The notes beneath the pieces are model-generated. The model was given only the letters and a program-made list of their open reading frames with translations, made no database searches and was not told the origin of the DNA. Source: an uncultured bacterium (GTDB taxonomy: Bacteria; Omnitrophota; Gorgyraeia; Duberdicusellales; CBEUCJ01). From it: a stretch of 64,000 nt of DNA. This document shows positions 61,532-64,000 of the stretch, one piece after another. Location of the stretch: positions 223,795-287,794 of the forward strand of contig CBEUCJ010000002.1 of the NCBI GenBank assembly GCA_965541615.1, in the 5' to 3' direction. The position numbers and the translations under genes were made by a program. Within the stretch, counting starts at the first letter, position 1. Each line of letters starts with the position of its first letter.

Positions 61532-62055
61532 TCTCTAAAACTAAATTCACATCCACAGTATCTCTGTCTATAAATGTTTAACTCTTTTGCTTTCTTCATA
61601 GTCTTTTCAAAACCACCCTTTTTTTTAAAATCTCTCTCTAAAAATTTTTTACTGATATTTCTTCCTATTTCATTTATTAATTTTGAATTTTTATGAGGAC
61701 TTATTGTTAAAGTTGTAGTAAAAAAATCAAACCCTCTTTCTTCTGCTTCTAAATGAGTCTTTTCTAATCTTAATTTAAAACATTCATAACACCTTCTGCC
61801 TCCCTCAGGTTCAGATTCTAAACCTTTTATCCTTTCCTTCCATTCTTTTCTATCATACTCTTTGACAATTAATGGGAAGTTTAAAATTTTAGATAATTTT
61901 ATAACTTCTTTTTTTCTCTTTTCAAATTCAGAATCTGGCCATATATTAGGATTGTAAAAAAAGCCTGTAACTTCAAAACCTTCTTCTCGCAATCTGCTAA
62001 TGCTCTCTAAAGCACAGACTGCACAACATATATGTAAGAGCACCTTATTTCCCAT
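61528..62055 (-). CDS. queH: Epoxyqueuosine reductase QueH
   Basis: LLHICCAVC, FYNPNI, EPEGGRRCYECF..RL, ISPHK, YRQRYCGC. Confidence 0.93.
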   Translation of the reverse strand: MGNKVLLHICCAVCALESISRLREEGFEVTGFFYNPNIWPDSEFEKRKKEVIKLSKILNFPLIVKEYDRKEWKERIKGLESEPEGGRRCYECFKLRLEKTHLEAEERGFDFFTTTLTISPHKNSKLINEIGRNISKKFLERDFKKKGGFEKTMKKAKELNIYRQRYCGCEFSFRE

Positions 62056-62962
62056 AAAACTTTCCTTGAAAAGAATCTCTTCTTTCTAACTCAGATTCTA
62101 TCTCCTTTAAAACTTTATTTTTATTTAAAATCCAAACAGGAGCTACCAATTTATCAGGAGAACAATCAGCAGTCAATCTTTGGATTACAAGTTTGGGAGG
62201 TAAAATCTCTAAAAAATCACAAACTATATCTACATACTCTTCTAATTTTAAAGGAGTATACTCTCCTCTATTATAGATTTTCTCTAAGTCTGTTCCTTTT
62301 ATCACATGGAGAATATGGATCTTTACTCCATCTAAATTTAACTCAGAGATTTTTTTAGCAGTCTCTAACATATCTTTCTTTGATTCATTAGGCAAACCCA
62401 AAATTACATGTGCACATATTTTAATCTCTTTATATTTTCTGATTAACTCTACACTTTTAAGAAAATCAAGAAAAGTGTGATTCCTATTAATCAATTTCAA
62501 AGTCTTATCATGGATACTTTGCAAGCCTAATTCTATCCAGACTTCATAATCTGGAGTAAAACTATTTATCAAATCTAACTTTTCTTTATCTATACAATCT
62601 GGTCTTGTGCCTATAGATAATCCTACTACATCCTCAAATTCTTTTATGACCAGATATCTTTCTCTTAAAATATTTAAAGGTGCGTAAGTATTTGTATAAC
62701 TTTGGAAGTAAACAAAAAATTTTTGTGCTTTATATTTTCTTCTACCAAATTCCATACCTATCTTTATCTGTTCTTTTAAAGGAGGTAATCCCTTTTCCCT
62801 TTTAAAAAAACTAAAAGCTGAATTATCACAAAAAATACAACCTTTTGTACTTAAAGTTCCATCTCTATTGGGACAACTAAAACCTGCATCTACACTTACT
62901 TTATAAACTTTACATTTAAATCTTTCTCTAAAATATCTATTTAAAGAATAGTACCTCTGCAT
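62045..62962 (-). CDS. TIGR01212/YhcC-family radical SAM protein
   Basis: DAGFSCPNRDG...GCIFC, YFQSYTNTY, IGTRPDC, ELGLQS, INRNH. Confidence 0.92.
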   Translation of the reverse strand: MQRYYSLNRYFRERFKCKVYKVSVDAGFSCPNRDGTLSTKGCIFCDNSAFSFFKREKGLPPLKEQIKIGMEFGRRKYKAQKFFVYFQSYTNTYAPLNILRERYLVIKEFEDVVGLSIGTRPDCIDKEKLDLINSFTPDYEVWIELGLQSIHDKTLKLINRNHTFLDFLKSVELIRKYKEIKICAHVILGLPNESKKDMLETAKKISELNLDGVKIHILHVIKGTDLEKIYNRGEYTPLKLEEYVDIVCDFLEILPPKLVIQRLTADCSPDKLVAPVWILNKNKVLKEIESELERRDSFQGKFYGK

Positions 62963-62968
62963 AAAGAT

Positions 62969-63322
62969 TTAATCACTGAAAAAAATAGAGATTAGTTCTT
63001 TTAAAGCTCTTGTAGTATGAATAATACCTTCTTTAAATCCATCTATTACTCCTTTACCCACTTCACCTATACTCCTCCAGATAGCAAATAATTTATACCT
63101 TAACTTTCCTCTTTTTTCAGGTTTTTCTCTCTGATAGACTTCATACATATAAGCTTTTTTTACATTTCTCACAGAGTATAAAAATATTCCTTTTAAAACT
63201 GATAGAGGTGCGTATGAAACTTCTTTAATTATATTTAAAATATGTTCCTTAACAGTCCTTGCTGAGCAAATGCTCTGCAAAAGAAACAAAAATAAAATAG
63301 ATATTAAGATTTTCTTTTTCAT
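62969..63322 (-). CDS. Hypothetical exported/membrane-associated protein
   Basis: AAGGAG SD, signal peptide MKKKILISILFLFLLQSICSA, helical body; no family recognised. Confidence 0.7.
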   Translation of the reverse strand: MKKKILISILFLFLLQSICSARTVKEHILNIIKEVSYAPLSVLKGIFLYSVRNVKKAYMYEVYQREKPEKRGKLRYKLFAIWRSIGEVGKGVIDGFKEGIIHTTRALKELISIFFSD

Positions 63323-63450
63323 CTTCTCAACTCCTTTTTATAACAAATTCTGCTGGTATTCAAATTTTTTATCTTTATCCTCCATCCAAACTTTTTTTCA
63401 CTTATTGATATTCTATAAACATCTTAAAGCAACCGAGGACTTGGAGAAGT

Positions 63451-63999
63451 TTAAAATTCAAAATCTTCAAGGTCAAATACTAAAAATCCTTTTTTTCTCA
63501 ATATTTTTTTATTCTCTATTCTTTTTGCTATAAGACCCCAAAACTTCTTTTTGAAATTTTTCTTTATAACTTCTGTCTTTTCTTTTAACTTTACCAAAAT
63601 ATTTTCTGCCTCTTTATTTTTTAATTCTTTCCATTTACATTCAAAAAAACCTACTTCATTTTTACCTGTTGCGACTATATCAATCTCATAAGAAATTCCT
63701 TTCTCTTTTCCCCATTGTTTACCGATTTTTATAAATTCAAAAGGTAAGTATTTTCTTTTCTCAATAAGAAAATCCATAGATATTTTCTCAAAAACATACC
63801 CTAAATATTGATTGTATTCTTTTTTTATCTCTCTGGCAGAAAAAATTCCCTCTTCAATAAAAGTAAGATTTGGATAAATAAATCTAAACCAGAAACTTAA
63901 AAAATTATCTTTAAGATAATATCTTCCTTTTCTTGATTTCGTTGATTCTAATATAGGGGTTCTTTTTTCTATAAATTCAGTCTCTATTAAGTTTTTTAG
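63451..63999 (-). CDS. Archaeal-type AAA ATPase with DUF234 C-terminal nuclease-like domain (5' part outside window)
   Basis: Frame open from the window edge: LKNLIETEFIEKRTP...GRYYLKDNFLSFWFRFIYP...GYVFE...GKQW...EIDIV..FFECKW. Confidence 0.85.
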   Translation of the reverse strand, partial: LKNLIETEFIEKRTPILESTKSRKGRYYLKDNFLSFWFRFIYPNLTFIEEGIFSAREIKKEYNQYLGYVFEKISMDFLIEKRKYLPFEFIKIGKQWGKEKGISYEIDIVATGKNEVGFFECKWKELKNKEAENILVKLKEKTEVIKKNFKKKFWGLIAKRIENKKILRKKGFLVFDLEDFEF

Positions 64000-64000
64000 A

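Noticed and set aside
62045-62962. Radical SAM gene as the missing AmrS of the AmmeMemoRadiSam system
   Set aside because: Its motifs (CPNRDG...GCIFC) are TIGR01212/YhcC type, not the PFL-activase-like AmrS; 53359-54045 is explained as NrdG
63323-63450. Possible ncRNA or small ORF in the longest intergenic spacer
   Set aside because: Only ORFs of 15 codons or fewer and no convincing structure or repeat were seen

Overview
AT-rich (roughly 70% by eye), extremely gene-dense bacterial housekeeping region with almost all genes on the minus strand. A PVC-superphylum small basic signature protein (8575-8787), heptose/LPS genes, TonB, Lgt and an ExeA/ExeB pair, together with Firmicutes-like gene order, point to a diderm PVC member, most plausibly Omnitrophota (inference). 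Class III RNR, NfnAB, PPDK and a PPi-type PFK indicate an anaerobic fermenter, and the Lys/Glu-rich proteins hint at thermophily (inference). About 70 CDS are present, including several the ORF track missed or truncated: tpiA, rpsU, Trm112-like, the full FAH-family gene and the ATPase-DUF234 gene. There are two tRNAs (Arg-CCT, Gly-CCC), a decayed HEPN-MNT toxin-antitoxin pair and several sigma70-type promoters. No CRISPR array, IS element, prophage, rRNA or intein was seen. No large novel system is evident. The best leads are: (1) a catalytically dead GalT paralogue coupled to an intact one at the head of the gap-pgk-tpi operon; (2) a thiC stop codon located inside tRNA-Gly, so tRNA maturation should create a non-stop mRNA; (3) a signal-peptide-bearing MEMO1-AMMECR1 fusion that retains an internal SD+ATG able to yield free AMMECR1, with a second standalone MEMO1 nearby; (4) a probable ATA start codon; (5) recurrent leaderless promoter architecture; (6) domain-deleted AspRS and GlyRS-beta.
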